The notes below the pieces were generated by a model. It saw only the letters and a program-made list of their open reading frames with translations, did no database searches and was not told where the DNA came from. A stretch of 64,000 bases of DNA from positions 12,400,001-12,464,000 of the forward strand of contig CM022678.1 of NCBI GenBank assembly GCA_012295275.1. Reading direction: 5' to 3'. Source of the DNA: Chrysomallon squamiferum (lineage: Eukaryota; Animalia; Mollusca). Of the stretch, positions 1 through 13,411 are shown in pieces; within the stretch, counting starts at the first letter, position 1, and each line of letters starts with the position of its first letter. The translations under genes and the position numbers were made by a program.

Positions 1-239
1 ATGATGCAAATGGTCACAGTCAGATTTTACGATATTTGGCAGCAAGATTCGCTGATTTGTTTTATGATTTATAGAAACAAAAAAGGTCACTCAGATACTA
101 TTTTTTTGGCAACAAAACATTTTTTTAACATCCCAGTCACCCAAACAGAACTTTGGTAGCATTTGGCGACTGGCCATTACATATTACGTATGTACTTAAA
201 CACATTACTGTTATTTGTTATTATAAAACATACTGATAC

Positions 240-3200
240 CACTGACTTCAGAACAGGTCCCTGCTTTATTGACTTCCTTTGACTGTCTAGTAACAGTATC
301 AGATGAATTTGTCATCTTCAGGAGTTTTTTTTCTCAAAATCACCTGCAGAACCAAAAAGAGATTTATTTTCAGCTTGCACAATCAAGTTTGCAAAACAAG
401 ATTACTTATTCAGCAATTTTGGAAGGAAAGCTGGATCAGCCACAATTAACTAACTCAAAATAGTTTCCAGTTTACAGTTTGTTTTATCTATATTCACTGA
501 GTATATATCTCTCTTTTATTTCCTCTGTCATTTTGAACTTCTACAATGATCTAGCAGACTGTTCTGACAGGCATTATATCTCATAAACAAAAACAAATTT
601 ATAAATAAAAAAAAAGAACGGCATTTAATCCCAAATCTAAACTGATTACTTCTGCTAGTTAGATTCTTCAATGGAATGAAGATCAGATCTATATCTATTA
701 ATTTAAATGTTATGATATACATGCAGAGAAGTTTTGACTGCCAGTATTTAAAAAATTAAATATATAAAATAAAGTAAATATTAAAAAAAAAAATTAAAAA
801 TGAAATATAAATATTCTAGTTAGAAAGATGACAAATATCTCTAAAATAAAGAAGAATTTTTCATCCTGAAACACCTTCAACAAAATTAACATAGATCTGT
901 TTATTTTTATGAACTGATTTCACACATACCTCATTATTATTCCTTAAGCCACATAGTCCTTGTAAACTGTTTTGATTACTCCTAGTACAAATATAATCTA
1001 AAAAGAAATAAAACAATGCTAATGGAAGTATACTAAGTCACCTGCTGCTCAACTTCCAGGCTTTTGTCTTTGCAACTGTCACACACAGCCATCAGAGTTG
1101 TCTGCCAAGTGGTTTCATTTTAATATTTTTCTTTGCCTGGTTTTAGCATGTTCAAATTTTTCAAGTTTTTTCTCCCTGATATTTGACTGTTGAGATTGGT
1201 GACCTGGTGTAAGACTCTCCAACTTAAAATTCTTGTAGTCTGACGTGGTCATCTTCAATGTCCAGGTCACCAAAATTGAGCTCTTCATCAGCAGAACTTT
1301 CAGCAAGTCAGAGTAACATTGATGGGTGTGCACTAGTTTGAGTAAATAAATAAATAAATGAATAAAATACTGTATAAAATATAAAATAAATAAAATATGG
1401 CTAGTACTACATTTACTGCAACACTACATGCTACTTTTATTACAATCATTACTATAACTAAAATGTACTATTATTCTTTATTCAACTAGGATTAGTTATT
1501 GAAATAATACTCCTATTACTAAAATTACTATCCATTAATAATAAAACTGATATTTTTTGCTCTCTTTACTAATAGTCCTATGCCTGTATTTCTTTGTACT
1601 AATATTATTATAATTACTACAACAACAATATGACTACTGTTACAACTACTATCACTACTATCACTGCTGTTACACTACTCTTCTTGTTACATTTATCTGA
1701 AAACAACTACTATCACTACTGCTACTACTACTACCACAACAACCAGTTCTTTTTAATCATCATGAATCTCACAAGATACATTACTATTATAAAGCTATGG
1801 ATCAGTAAAACATCACCAAGATCAATTCTACATCATTATGCAACAAGTATTATTATTATTAATGCTACAAATACTAATGCTGTAACAACTACATTACTAC
1901 AACAATAGCAATGACTAATACTACTACTGTAACAACAACCTCTATAGATGCTCCTGTTCTACCATGTTCTTTGATGACATTTCTCTCCTGTGGTGAGCTC
2001 CCAGAATTAGCTCTTCTTGTGTACAGAGCAGTTTCTGAAAAACAACTGTCTTTTATTTATTTACCTTTCTAGTTATATTTGTATGTGTGTGTGAGAGAGA
2101 GAGAGAGAGAGGTTTAGCATAATGAGAAATAAATAAGAAAACAAACTCAAATTCCTGTTCAGTTTTTTCTTTTCCAGTGGCAGCAGTAGAAACTTTATCC
2201 TTAGTGCTGGACAGCACCTTCTACTGAAACAACTTCACTAGACAACATCAGCACATCAATTATAGATGTATGTGCATTCTGAAAAAAATAAAATAAAGAA
2301 AATAATAAAAATAATAAACTGTTATAAATAAATAAGTAATGTTTCTGATATTATTAAAATTTAAATTTTACTGGTACCAGTTACTGGATTATTCATACAC
2401 AAAGGGGTGCAGAATATTTTTAATATACTTTGTATAATCATTATATTGATAATGATGATAATGATAATAATTTAAATAATTAACAAAACAATAGCAAATA
2501 AATTATTATTATTATGCTATTTTACAATCAGTAAAGAGTTGTTACTATAAAACTTATTTTACTCGCTAAGAAATAAAAATAAGATAAAAACTCACCACTT
2601 GGAATTGTGCAGTCTGCAGTGTTTGTACAGCTGATTCATCCTTCTCCATAACATAAATTCCCTTTCTAGACAGCAACAGAACAATACTGTAATGACCTAC
2701 ATAAAATATTTAACATCAATCCAATGGTAAATAAAGATTTTAGAAATTCCAACATGAACATGATACTTTTTTATTTTTTATCAATCTACATTTGTCTGAT
2801 AAATGCATTTATGTTTTTCTTATTAACATTCATGCAATATTTCTTTCTCACACAGAGTGTATTAACATCTTTTGTGATTATGATTATAAAATATTTGTGT
2901 GTGTGTGTGTATGTATGTGGGTGTGTATGTGTGTGTTTAATATTATTATAACAAATAATTATATTAATATTTTACAATAAAAAATGTCTACATACGAAAT
3001 AACCTGGTCATATTTTTCTTAAATTTTTATTCATCTTTATTAGTTTTTAATGTTAACATAGAGCTATAGGTATTTAGGTCAAATAATATTAAAGCATTTA
3101 GGGCCTCAACCACTATAACTTTTAATATGTTTAAAAAATAATTTAAATATGTTTAATAATTTAACATAAATCTTCAAAAAACTAAATCATAAATAAAACT

Positions 3201-3283
3201 GACGTTGTTTATATTGTTCACATTAGTACAACCACTGGTGAATTTTATTATTAATTGATTGTCGTCATTTGAAAAAAAAAAAA

Positions 3284-3330
<47 letters not shown>

Positions 3331-3545
3331 GAAAGAAAGAAATAATTGTTGTTCCCGAATAAGATGGCTGCCATCATGTGGTATGACTTTTAAATTATAA
3401 TTAAATAAAACCAAAAAAATCCAAACACATTAACAACAATAATAATAAATAGTTATACCTGTCTCCTAAAATGCTTTAAGCAATTTTTTTGTTGGATGAT
3501 AATGCGATAACACCAATTCAGTATAAAATTCTTCAATCTTCAAAT
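240..3545 (-). pseudogene. Decayed multi-exon gene of unknown function, probably continuing beyond the left window edge; shares an exon with the + strand gene relic at 56878-60107
   Basis: GT-AG bounded exons at about 3459-3545, 2596-2696 (MEKDESAVQTLQTAQFQV), 2150-2278, 1963-2034, 1042-1332 (..SADEELNFGDLDIEDD..) and 240-343, with stops and frameshifts. Exon 240-343 aligns in reverse complement with 58230-58296. Confidence 0.5.
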
Positions 3546-3600
3546 ATAAAAGTAAATCGGTAAAGACCGGAAATCATCCCGCATTTTTCCGCAACTACAA
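3540..3600 (-). promoter_or_regulatory. Putative promoter of the left-hand gene relic
   Basis: Local CpG enrichment with an ETS-like CCGGAA near 3567, just upstream of the first splice donor at 3458. A YY1-like AAGATGGC lies at 3361. Confidence 0.3.
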
Positions 3601-3689
3601 TCTTAAAAAAAAAAAAGTTTCAAAACAAATAAAATAAAGGAACATAATAACCTTTATTAAAATATACGTACTAATTATAACTCGATATG

Positions 3690-3723
<34 letters not shown>

Positions 3724-3862
3724 CCGGTGTTATTATTATTCCTTCTTCTTAATTTATTTATGTTAATGCACCGAATGAAATAAAATCACAAAGCTTAGAA
3801 CTCACACTACAATAAGTTGTTTATTATTGTCCAGGAATTTACAACGGTTTGATATAGGTCCG

Positions 3863-3893
<31 letters not shown>

Positions 3894-4327
3894 ATTAAAA
3901 ATAAAAAATTTACAACTATGACAACTCAGAGAGATTGGACATAAATAATAATTTTCCTTTATTTTATCTGTATTGCATTTTAAACTATGTAGTCTCATAG
4001 TCTGTAAGATATCTCATGAAAAATGTGAATGCGTTAAAATAACAAATAATCACATCAAACAATTCATAATGGCACTACATTTAAAGTTTATGTTTCTTAA
4101 AACAAAAATTTGTATTTTATTAAAGTAATTGTCTATTGTGTTAGCGTCTGTAAAGATAAAAACTTCAAAACAAGGGTAAATAAATAAATAATAATAACAA
4201 TAAAATAATAAAAACGACACACACATACAGATACCTAAACTAACATTTATGTTTAATAATACAACAACAGGAAAGTAAAAAAGATATGTACTTAAGTAAG
4301 AAAACAGAGAGTTCCGTGTGGCTGACT

Positions 4328-4595
4328 CAGGGTTCGATTTAATGTGCTTGCCGCCCATACGCTAAAGAAACCCCCTTCTCAAGGCTCAAGTCCCCCTCAC
4401 CCTTCCCACTTAATTTACATAATATGAATGGTTATAACTTATGATCAAGTTGAAAGCAAAAACATGGTTTTACATAATTATTTATTTATAAATCAAACGT
4501 GAAAATACGAATTTATGTAACATAAGCTGTCGCCCCTATCATCCTGCCGCCCTAGGCACTTGCCTAGAAAGCCTGTATGGGGAAATCCGGCTCTG
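4328..4595. mobile_element. Non-autonomous hAT-type MITE, 268 bp
   Basis: Degenerate TIRs CAGGGTTCGATTT...AAATCCGGCTCTG, subterminal GCCGCCC motifs, and a perfect 8-bp target-site duplication GGCTGACT at 4320-4327 and 4596-4603. An 8-bp TSD is characteristic of hAT. Confidence 0.8.
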
Positions 4596-5287
4596 GGCTG
4601 ACTAGATTGATTTCGACTGCGAAAAAAATGGTACAGGTCAACTGGAAGACTACCAAAAACAAATAAATCACACCCCACGTTCACACACAGGTACCCGCAT
4701 TGTCACGAGAGTTGGTAGGAATTAGTCTCACTTTCACTTGTATTGTGATCAATATTTCCTAATTTTCGTTGCTTGTAAAACAACGAAATTCTTTTGATAA
4801 AAACTGTTAAAATAAGCTATCGTTTTCTTCAAAACGATTGCACTTTTCAGCCATTGATATCAATATAAAAATTACGACACTATTTTCAACTAAAAAATTC
4901 CAGTAACATAGAAAGATCGGCGGGAAATATAAATATGTCGTCTAGACATATCTCAGATTCTTGAGAAAATATCAAACCCAGCGTTACACCTATAATTCCC
5001 ATAAATATTTGTAACTACCGTCAATGTTTTGCACACAAACAACCACAGTCGTATACGGAGTCAATTCAAGATATATGTATATATATAAATATCATGATCA
5101 TAATCAATTTAATGTTAAAAAGTGGTACAATAATTCTTCTAGTACTTCAAATAATTTGTTTTAAGAGATAACTCTAGCTGTTATTTAAGAAGCTTTCCAA
5201 GAGAGCTTAGAAATGTAATAATCTGTAACTATCCGCATTATTTTTAATCAACCTTAGAAAAAGAATGGGAAATAAAGATGGCAAAAT

Positions 5288-5334
<47 letters not shown>

Positions 5335-5738
5335 ACACATTTATGTATGTGATTATTTTTACATATTTATGGATATATTTAGAATTAGAAAACGCGTTGG
5401 CTTAGGAATTTTATTTTATTTTAAAAGATAATCATTTTCTAATTTCTCGAATTTATTTAATCTGTATAACAGCTTTAAATCCAATTCGCTAGATCTTCGC
5501 TGTTTTTAACTAAACATTTATTCTACTACATAAAACATTTTAAAACTGTATACAGAAGCATTCGGGATTGTACAGAAATACACTTCTAGATCAATACATT
5601 TATAAATATTTTTAAAACATTTCAAAAACTGTTTCCATAGTATCCTTTTTGTTTTCCTTTTTTTATTTATTTATTTTTTGGTATCTATAAATAAAAGTGT
5701 AACCTCTCAAAATAGGTTTCTAACAAAAACACTACCCG

Positions 5739-5769
<31 letters not shown>

Positions 5770-5874
5770 AACACACACACACACACATTCAGGTTTCATA
5801 ATCTATCTATATTTATAATATCCATAATACACCTACACATACATACACATACATACATACATAGATAGATATGA

Positions 5875-5914
<40 letters not shown>

Positions 5915-7556
5915 ATGTTATTCAATAACAGTTGTTTTGAGGCTGAGGGGAGAGATACCGCACTTGCTGCTACACCGTTTCTATTACCAGAGTTATTTAT
6001 CTTTTATTTATTTATTTATTTATTTACCGATTTCATTGACAATTTCTGCACAAAAATTAGTTTGTTTAGTTGTGTTCTGTAATATTATTAAAACAGATTA
6101 TAATAACAATGCTACTGTCACAGATAGCGAGCTCGTTGTATTATTATTATTTAAAATTGTCACTTATCTTTTTCTTTTAACCGTATTTTGTTTTGCTGCG
6201 AAGTCGATTTCTCCTGCTTTAGCAACAGATACGATTTCATTGAATCTAGCTTTGTTTTTCTGTTTTCGATTATGTTTTGTATACACAAGAATGTATATCG
6301 TCAAAAATAACAATATCGTTTTGTTTTCTATGAAAGAGTTCGCATCATTTAATGACGTTGTATGGAATGGTCTATTAAAGTTGTCTCCCTTGGCAAAAGT
6401 TCAAATTCTTTAGTAATGCAATTATTTATAATTTTAATAATGCCTATGAAACAAATATATTCCTAATAAAAATTTGGATGTATTTCTGATTAATCAAATT
6501 ATTTCTGGAATTAAATAAAACGTCAATTCAAATTTGATAATATTAACTTTTATTAATTAAATTTGACAGACTTCAACTGAGTTAATTTTAGCAGATTTTG
6601 GATATGTCATTAAAAAATAATAATTTAAAACATATTGCCATTTTTTCTGGATCCCATGATGTGCCTCAAACAGACTGACTAGACTTTTATAGAATCCACT
6701 GTTATCTTTCAGGATACCAATCAGTATATTCTGTGGATCAAGCTAATAACTAGTTAGACAGTGATGATGTATAAAAATTAAGCAGCGTAAAATTATCAAT
6801 GTAAATAGTGCATTGTCTTAACAAAAACACTACGTTATTTTTTGCTCAGTAACATATTATTCTGACCTGATGTAGTAAACACAACATAAATTCCGTTGAG
6901 AAATATCACATTAATATCACAGTTGCTAATGAAATGTCATTTTTATCTGGATGCGATATTTTATTCCTGAATATTTACTGTATTTCTCAACTAGAAATTA
7001 AAAGCTGAATATTACTTCATATATAATTAATGATTTGCTAATATTTAACAATGTAACCTCAGCTTTTCAATACACACCTGCCTAGAAAAAGAAAATATTT
7101 AATTATTAATGCAGTTTCAGGTGCAGCTAAAAACTAATCCTGATTTTGTTAGTAACAGAGAATTGGAACCTGGAAGGCCTCTTTATTTCTGAATTTCTCA
7201 ACTATCCTTGAATGAGAAGATGTTTAATTAGTTATACGACAAATTATACTGAAAATGACAGGCATGATTTCACTGTAAACATTCAGAAATATACATGGAG
7301 CTTCCGTGCGTTATAATGTTTATATAAATAACAGTAGCTTTACATGTGACGTCAAAAATATATCGAGAAATAAAGAGGGCGCATCTAGTGTAACATTTTA
7401 TAAACACCAGAATATGTTTCACGGAAAAACTAGGATTAACTTCACACGGCCTTATGAAAATTTCAGTTTTAATATCACTAGTTATATTAGATCTCCTTAT
7501 TGTCTCAACAGAGGTGTGGCGTTAACAAATCGTCGTTATGAAAATAAGCAGCTTAA

Positions 7557-7648
7557 TTACCTGTAAAAAAAAGAAAAAGTGAGAATTATTACCTGTAAAA
7601 AAAAAGGTGAGAAATATTACCTGTAAGAAGAAAAAGGTGAGAATTAAT
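7557..7648. repeat. Triplicated ~30-bp unit TTACCTGTAA(A)n..AAGGTGAGAA
   Basis: Three tandem copies here and a single copy in the inverted homologue at 54490-54518. Confidence 0.8.
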
Positions 7649-8592
7649 TGCTGGTTGAGCGGTGATATTTACAGTTAAGTATGTTGAGAAATATTAATCT
7701 CATATTTTATTAATATCGTACAGGTTACATTTAAACATTTCACGACTGTTTGTACTGATTAGCTGAGAACAAACATGGTTAACATGTTATTTTATTATGC
7801 GAAATTTAATTTTTTCATTACATTCATCAGCGCAAGTTGTATAGTGTGATATACTTTATATTTTCGATTACACATTACATATTAATATAACCTCTCCACC
7901 AGGAAATATAAATATATCAGTTGAGCAGAATACATATTTGTCAGTCCTCTAATGGTCAACAGGTAATAATATGACCTTTATATCGTGCCTTCTCACTGGT
8001 TTATTGTGTGTTTTTTAAATATATTGTTTTAATTTAATTTATTTTTCTGTAAAAACGGAAGCTTCCTATATATGTTTGACGCCATTCTCTTAGTTTCATT
8101 AAAACTATTCTGAGAGCGGATATAAAAATTACTCCTTATTTTTCAGTCTACTGTGTTAATATTACAGCTTCACTTTTACTGCCAATATACTGAGTTCTAT
8201 ACCTAATAACATTACCGAAGAAATGCTAATTTTCAGTGATAACTGTACACAGAATTTTAAAAATTAAATTTTAATGACTTCATTATAATTTTAAAATTAA
8301 TATTTCGTATAAAGAACATACTGATATTTAGATGTGGAGCGGAGATTATAAAGCTTCTATCTTACGTTAACTTCTCAAAAGTATTCACCTATTAAAAATG
8401 ACGTTAATGCCGTTTATAATAAACATATTTCCTTTTTCTGAGGCCTAGAATTCTTTTTGATCAGAGGACGGGTAAAATTCATTAAAAAAAAAAAAAAAAA
8501 TTAAATAAATAAAATAAAAAACAACATTACAGGTGTTGCTTAACATCAAAAATACTGAGAGTTTTTCTTTTATTTGTTAATGGTCATATTAG

Positions 8593-9314
8593 AGTTTATA
8601 AAACGAGAACGTGATACTGAGGCCCCTGTCTTGAACTCACTGGAGGAACTGGTAAAGTGGCTTCAAGGCAGAAAGTGGGGAGATAGACCTGCTGAAGACC
8701 TTCGCTTGAATTCGTCATCGACGGAAGCCAGAATGCGGAACAGAGGATGGAACCGAAATATAGGATGGAAGCGGCCAATTGACATGCCCAGGCATATATA
8801 TATGTCTGTTTCTCTGTGTGTGTGTTTGTGTGTGTGTGTGTCTGTTTCTCTCTGTGTGTGTTTGTGGGTGGGTGTGGGTGTGTGTGAAAAATGAAAACAC
8901 TACTGTATGGTAACACATCTGTATTTTACAGGTAGGACATATCTAAACGAAACAAACTTGGTCTTGATGACAGACTGTGCATCTGCATGGACGTGAAGCA
9001 TTTGACGGGAGATCTCGAGCAGCTGTTGAAGAAATGGGTTGTTTTGTTGTTTTCTTTATTAAATTTATACTCTGTCCAGTTTTTCAAACTTAGAACAAGC
9101 AGGCCTGGACATGCAGGTTGCACATCTGTTTGAATATTTTACAAAAGGTGTTGATCTATAACAGACTTACAAACAAACATTAAATGTAATGTAATATCTT
9201 GTTTTTATGTTACATCATATCACGTGAGTTCGGTGTTTTTGTTAGTATTTACACTTCTTGAAAAACTGAGATATTTATTTATATTGATTTTCCTAATCTT
9301 TATCTATTTCTGGA

Positions 9315-9354
<40 letters not shown>

Positions 9355-10172
9355 TTTTTGTTTATTTATTTATTTATTTTTTTGTTAAAATATCAGATTT
9401 CTGAATAAAGACCAAACATTAATTATACAAGAAAGGGTTTGTCTTAATATTACTACTGAAAAAACATAGAAGGAAAATGTCCCAAAGTAAATAGATGAGT
9501 ATTTTAAAGACGTTATTTGATTCAGGTGGAAATCTTTATATTAATCATATGAGAATTATTTAATCATATTAAAATATATTTAATCATATTAAAATATTAT
9601 TAATCATATCAAAATATACTTAATTATATCAAATATACTTAATTATATTTGTCTTATTTGCTACCATGTAGCCACATACTAACCTTTTAATTAGCGGTTC
9701 TATTTTGTAAAATCTTCAGAACATCAAATATGTATTATAATTTTCTGCAAGTGTAAATACATACATTTAATTCTGTCTGTGTAAAAATGTAAAATTATCC
9801 TATTTCGAATTTTCTGAATATAAATGTGTGAATAAAATGCCTTTTGTAAACTGTGAATGTGAAAAAAGGACTCAATATTTATTACTGAAATGTACGCAGC
9901 AAACTAATAGAAACACATTCCATATATCAGTTCATGTCTTTTGTTTTATGAGACTACTGAATCACATACGGGTTAATACAATGAAAACAGCAAATATATA
10001 AATAATTAGTTACCAGGTGTGTTCAGGGGACACCGACCGTTCCTCAGTTCTGATCTAACAAAATAATCTCCGGGTTTTTATAAGAAAGAAAAAGAACTCG
10101 AGTTATTTGGCGACGTGTTACGAACCTTGCCGCTAGACGTCTGTCGTCAGATCATTCTGTGAAACAAGAACC
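8593..10172 (+). pseudogene. Three orphan coding-like exons of an unidentified gene
   Basis: Exon-like GC-richer segments after AG acceptors at 8593-8791 (FIKRERDTEAPVLNSLEELVKWLQGRKW), 8932-9037 (DISKRNKLGLDDRLCICMDVKHLTGDLEQLLKKW) and 10017-10172 (GVFRGHRPFLSSDLTK*..KELELFGDVLRTLPLDVCRQIIL*), with in-frame stops. Confidence 0.4.
9550..9648. repeat. ~20-bp minisatellite (TAATCATATTAAAATATATT)n, about 5 copies
   Basis: Tandem units read directly; an inverted counterpart lies at 53745-53830. Confidence 0.8.
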
Positions 10173-10229
10173 CGTAACACCACTCTCGAGCTGATCATTA
10201 AAGTATGAATAATAGTTAGTCAAAAAGGA

Positions 10230-10418
10230 AAAGAATAATGAGAACGTTACGACGGCAACGACGGCGGCATTAGCAGAGATAATAATAATATATTTTAGTA
10301 TAGATTAGACACGGAAAGAAAACAAAAATAATACGAATAAAAAACCAAAAGAAATAATGAAGTGTACTGGAATAACGTTAGGAACAACGCCGGTACAACG
10401 GCGACGGCGACATTAATA
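10230..10418 (+). repeat. Two units of a ~110-150 bp satellite-like repeat
   Basis: Core AACGTTAGGAACAACGCCGGTACAACGGCGACGGCGACATTAATA is shared with the array at 52170-52790. Confidence 0.8.
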
Positions 10419-10765
10419 TATACACACACACACAACACATATTTAAAGTTTATATGTGATGTGATTTCATATCATTAAATTTATTATTTTAAATTTTTTT
10501 GCTGTTTTATTGTGTCATAGCTTTTTAAACTTATATTTTTTTTCAGTTATTGTTATTATCAGTTTTACTTTTTCTTTATCTATATTGTTGTTGTTGTTGT
10601 TTGATGTTGTTGGCGGTGTTGTTAGGTACTCAAAAGTAATTTTCAGTTTAGGAAATAAAGGTTGACTACAGTTAACTATAACTAGATCTTTTTATCAAAC
10701 AAAGGTTTTAAAATTGTGAGTCAAATTGTTCGAAGTTATGGATTTTTTTACTATAAAATAAAAAT

Positions 10766-10809
<44 letters not shown>

Positions 10810-11879
10810 TATAGAATTATTAAAAAAATAAATTAGTCTGAGTTTGAACAACTACTCAGAGCGATTTGTTACCCTGTTAACAATTACTAATCGTTAGTAA
10901 CTTTCCCCCTCTTACAAACGTTAAACGTGTTCTGTTTATTCGATAAAAACAGTACATTATTTATTTTTTTATAAGAAATAATTATTCAGCTATTTCTAAT
11001 ACAGTGGAAATCACAACGTTAGTTAACCGAGTCAAACCTGAAATCTCCAATTCAGAAATTATAGCTCGACCAACTCATTTATTATTATTATTACATATGA
11101 TCATTGCTGTCGTTGTTATGAGAGGCTGAGAAATACAGTTAAGGTTATAACTGTCTCATTATTTTAAAGTGTGTACAACAACAACAAAAAAAATTTGTAC
11201 TTGCAAGTTATTATTTTATTGTTTTGGAGAGACTGTCACGGATCGTAAGAAAACATCAGTGAATAAATATTTTAGATTTCTGTTTTACCCTCTGGCATCG
11301 TGTTATGATGGCCAAGTGATTCTGTTTGATTTTATATTTTAATTAATAATTAATTTAGTTGTTGTTATTGTTCTAGCAGTACAATAAGAAGCTTTATTTG
11401 ATTACAGTCGGAACCAGTCGACTCAGGTCTAGTTTAGAAATAGCCGTGTATTTCTTTTTTCTTTTTTTTTTCGGGTTATATATTATTTCTTATGAGTTAA
11501 GATTTATTACAAAGGGTAGAAATATAAAATTAATTAATTATTTAATGAACGATTAAAGAAAAGAAAACATTTCTTAACAGATAAAAAACCAGAGAAAAAT
11601 AATAACAACAACAATCACAATAATAAATAGATAATATTAACAATAAAACAAAATTTACATAATAATTGTGACACATCAGTTTACAAGTGGTTTGATGTCA
11701 ACAACATATACTCTTCAAAAAAGTCGGGAACTCGAATAAGAAATTGCAATTGCTAAACTGGTTTAAGGTTATATTAGCTGCGGGGAATGATAACAGCGAA
11801 TTACTTGGTCAAACATTACAGCTGGTAGTTCAGTGGGTTTTAAAACCTCCAATGACGACTGGGGTCAAAGAAGAAATTT

Positions 11880-12049
11880 GAAATTTGAAATGCTACGACC
11901 ACGATGCATAAGACATTCATTCAGTGGACAAGGTATACTGCGTACAAGTCTCCCAGTGGTCATTTGACAGCATTTGTTCCGCTGCTCTTGCCTCGGTAGT
12001 ACTTCCCAGAGATGACCTTTCTTTGCACAATATGGATTGGATGTACTGT
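11880..12049 (-). pseudogene. Possible decayed terminal exon of a fibrinogen-related domain (FReD) gene
   Basis: After an acceptor at 12050, frames join as (D)STSNPYCAKKG..W / GKYYRGKSSGTNAVK* / HWET..YTLSTE. This resembles the FReD C-terminus (D...CA...GGWW...NGKYY.G...W..W...YSL..TEM) with deletions. Confidence 0.35.
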
Positions 12050-12600
12050 CTGTGTCAAAAATAACTCATATTAACATTAATATTTCAAGTTTCCCCACTT
12101 TTTGTAAATAGTATATATAGGATCTTGTAAACAAAATAAATTATTATGCTAAAGGATTTAATTATAAAATTTAGTTATTAAACTGAGTAATAACGCTGAC
12201 TGGAGACCGATTAGTACAGTGGTAAAACAAAATGTATATATGTTTTTCCTCTTATCATAGTTTTCTTTCCTAATATACTAACCGATCAATTTTTCTTCCA
12301 TTAATATAATTTCTAAAGAAAGTTTCCCCTATTCAATTAGAAAAGCAGTATATTAATTGACTTGCAGGAAAATTCTAATCAAACTGAGTAAAATACTATT
12401 TATTAAAGCTTAATAATTTTTAAACTTTCTTCTTCTTTTTTATAACATTTAACATAAAAAATTTACAAACAATGAAAATAATATTTACATATATTTTCAT
12501 TTTATTATTTGAATATTTTGCTTCATTTTAATAAATATTGTTTTTTCTTTTTTTCTTTTCTTATCTTAATATTTAATTAAATTATTTTTATTTGTTACAT

Positions 12601-13411
12601 ATTTGAAATGAGTTGGTAAGGAAGTTATTGGAACTGTGGCCAAACCTGTGTGAGGAGTGTTTGAGTTGACGTCTGCTCTGGTGAATGCTGTCATAGATTC
12701 CAGTCACAGACAGAACACACCTTGAATCCATCCCCACAGATGTGCTAGGACCATACTGAAAACCAACATCATTTCAGCAGCTGCTGTTCTGTCAATAACA
12801 GTTACTATACAGAAAGGTAATATTCTTTCTCATATATTTTTATATATTAATGATACACAGCACATCTGAGAGAAAACCTGCTCATTTGTTAGCAGAACAT
12901 ACGACATCACACACAGATCTTTTAAACATAACAGTTCTTTAAATTTAATTTTTGGAATATATTTTATGTTTATTTATTTATGTTGTTTGTTGGTTGTTAT
13001 TGTGGGGGGGGGTTTGTTGGAGGATTTGTGTGAATTTTTGTTATTATTATTATTATGTTTTATTTTATTTTATTTCTGATTTCAGATTTTTACATTTAAT
13101 TAATTAATTAATTAATTAATTTTTTATTTATTTATTTATTTATGATATTTATGATATTACTTTGTTTTTGTGTTTATTGTTATTAATACCTATTTAAATT
13201 AAACTGAATTGATTTCAGAAAAAAACATCTAAAATGTTATATCTATTTTCATTTTTATTGCGTGAAGATCAGCTGTGTTGGGTCAGTGCAAGAGAAAATA
13301 AAAATCTCTACATGGATGCTCACAGGAAAATAGGTTTACCTTCTCTTACTGTTTGTTTATAACTCTGTAGCAGACAATATTGTACTTTGGTGTTTATATA
13401 CTTGCAAAACC
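12601..13411 (+). pseudogene. VPS13D: VPS13D-like C-terminal (ATG2_C/PH region) fragment, two decayed exons
   Basis: 12601-12816 reads LK*VGKEVIGTVAKPV*GVFELTSALVNAVIDSS..P*IHPHRCA, matching VPS13D GLGKGLVGTVTKPVAGALDFASETAQAVRD..RVRKPRCC. Acceptor appears mutated (CAT at 12598), donor at 12817. A second segment at about 13245-13411 reads LTGK*VYLL..DNIVL. Confidence 0.75.

Larger units (their letters stand above)
110..9980. repeat. Left arm of a patchy inverted duplication (blocks 110-605, 7380-8133, 9548-9980)
   Basis: The blocks match the reverse complements of 57910-58436, 53970-54840 and 53110-53830 in colinear order. Example: TTCTGTAAAAACGGAAGCTTCCTATATATGTTTG at 8045 vs its reverse complement near 54026. 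Confidence 0.9.

Noticed and set aside
5871-6413. 180-aa ORF, and faint LRR/TLR-like translations at 4760-5640
   Set aside because: The ORF starts in a (CA)n tract and has no recognisable motif. The similarities are too weak to support.
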